This document shows, piece after piece, positions 62,001 through 64,000 of a stretch of DNA of 64,000 nt. Positions within the stretch are counted from its first letter, which is position 1, and each line of letters starts with the position of its first letter. A program made the position numbers and the translations under genes. The stretch is from Callorhinchus milii (Eukaryota), in contig NW_024704742.1 of assembly GCF_018977255.1 (NCBI RefSeq), positions 92,010,001 through 92,074,000 on the forward strand, given 5' to 3'. The notes under the pieces were generated by a model. It was not told the origin of the DNA. It did not search any database and saw only the letters and a list, made by a program, of their open reading frames with translations.

Positions 62001-64000
62001 ATAGGATCTAAAAGTTCAACATTACATGCTTTATAAGTTCTCATGTTCTCTCCACACCCCACTTCTCCCATTCAAAGGCCGAAACATTATAGTACAGAGT
62101 AGGTGTCTATAATAATAATAATCATTGCATTTGATATAGGGCTTTTCACGTCTTCTAGACATCTCAAAGTGCTTCACAGAATAGAATGTTTTCTTAAGCT
62201 TCGCTCTGACAAAAGTTGTACAAAACTTTTACAGCACAAAAATCCCTATTTGTTTCAGAACAGTCCAACTGACAATTCCTCCATTTTCTGCAAGATTCAG
62301 AAATATAAGTTACCCTCTTGTTTTTTTCCCCACACTTTTGTTTGGATCCAGATCCAAAAATATTGACCTTAACCAACAAGCAAAAACAAACCAAAACAAT
62401 GGGTAAGAAAATGCAAAAATGTTCCCTTTCCATTAACAGGCCTCAGAAAGCTAAACTGGAGATTCAGTTCAAACAATCACTGTGCTTTTCAAGGTCTACT
62501 CTAGTTCAAGAATCACTAGAATTTCACCAATAAACTCAATGGAGAGAAGTTCCAAGCTTCAAATAACAGTGAGCTTGTTTCTCCACCAGTTTAGTTATTT
62601 ATAAAATTCCATGCTACTTTTGAACTCAAAAGATTAACATTAACTCAAAAGGATGACAATGTTTTGGTTTCATCTTAGCTATTTTGCATACTGTTACTTT
62701 TCCCTGACTGACTGGATATTTACAAACTTCTACTATATAGTGTGTAGTCATGCAGTAAATAAACGTGTCCTCTGAAAGTAGTCTACAATACTTCAATGAA
62801 GAACTATTCAGCTGTTGCAAAATTTTGAGTTATCCGAATGTAAAGCCAGCCAAATGGAAAACTTTGCCTTCCCTTTCGAAAGTCCATGACAACTTCCATT
62901 TCCAAATCTTTGCTGATAGTGTGATGGGTTTCCTCTCCTACATCCATTAACGTTTGGCCACCATATGATTTGAAATTGTGAAAGTCGTACTACAGTAGAA
63001 CAAACACACTCCCAATATTCCTGAACACGTTTGGTCAGTATCCATTAAGACAAACTAGTCCTGATCCACAAATTACAAAAGCATTTTAATTTCACACATT
63101 AAGATATCGTTGGCAAGTAGGCCCAAGTTTGCTCATCAAGAACCCCAGTTTTAAATGACCATGTTGCTTTCTGAATGAAAATAGATAATTCAGGCAACAC
63201 CAGGTGCTTCCTTTCACATTAATTTATTCAGATGATTTTGGAATTTCAAGAAGCGTTCTAGCAAATCACAAGGAACTGAGAAGTTGCGAGATTGAAGCAA
63301 CACCTCTAAGCTCCTCAACAAACAACCTTCTCCCCATTCTGTCAAACTCAGCTCTTTCACTCTCTAAGGAGAACTTTGAACATGACAGAAGTATATTCCT
63401 TTTGGTACCTGCATCTTATTTTAGGCCGTGTCTTTTTTATAGGTGACCACGGGTTTCTCAGTTAGCTTTTACTTGTGCGTTTTGAAATACTGTCATAACC
63501 ATGAAGGTCTACGTCAGAATATTCCGGAATTATTTTCAATCCTTCCTTAAAGAAAATGATCAACAACAACAACTTGCATTTATATAGCACCCTTCACCTG
63601 GTTCTAAAAATACAGCAGTTGGGAAAAAATTCACTCAATTGTATTATTGATAATCTTCAGACACAAAATTTCCATTAACAACAAAAACACAGAAGTATTT
63701 CATTTAAATGTTCCAATACATCATCCAGTGGGCACCTTAATTGAGATAGTAACCTCATGGCACATTGTTTTAAATTTTTTTAAAAAAAACCACTATAAAT
63801 TCTACCAAACCTTGGAAGTAGCTGAACCGTATTCTCAAACTAGCTGCGGACCAGGGCTTAACTGTAGTTGGGAGCGCAGCAGAAGCAGATTTTTTTTAAA
63901 AAAAATTCAACTCATTCATTCATGAGGTTCTCAAAATATTGTTTTGGATCTTGAGAGATCCTCCAGAAGGAAAGGCTTCTCTGCCCTTGAGGTTCGCCCC

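Noticed and set aside
44600..64000. Search for the main ZNF462 promoter/CpG island or a second gene
   Set aside because: No CpG island, long ORF or coherent exon chain seen; the principal first exon probably lies right of the window.

Overview
AT-rich vertebrate genomic DNA. The repeat content (tRNA-headed Deu-type SINEs with L2-like tails, SacSINE1-like older SINEs, CR1/HER1-type and L2 LINEs) suggests a cartilaginous fish, possibly a chimaera such as Callorhinchus; this is inference, not a database result. The only host gene I can support is ZNF462 on the minus strand. Six coding exons were resolved with GT-AG sites and consistent phases: 29309-29090, 26562-20909 (5654 nt), 14862-14686, 11808-11534, 4287-4169 (missed by the ORF track) and 310-116. 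Together they give 6640 coding nt, about 2213 codons, and the gene continues off the left edge. 29335-64000 looks like the long first intron or upstream region and has no other credible CDS. The remainder is transposon-derived: a 5'-truncated ~3 kb CR1 with a nested L2 insertion, many SINEs (some nested) and several fold-back MITEs. I found no convincing evidence of a novel biological system. The best leads are a perfect 47-bp inverted repeat upstream of the first coding exon, a perfect 18-bp coding minisatellite in exon 3, a covarying SINE/L2 shared tail stem-loop, and a candidate alternative promoter/first exon near 41.1-41.3 kb.
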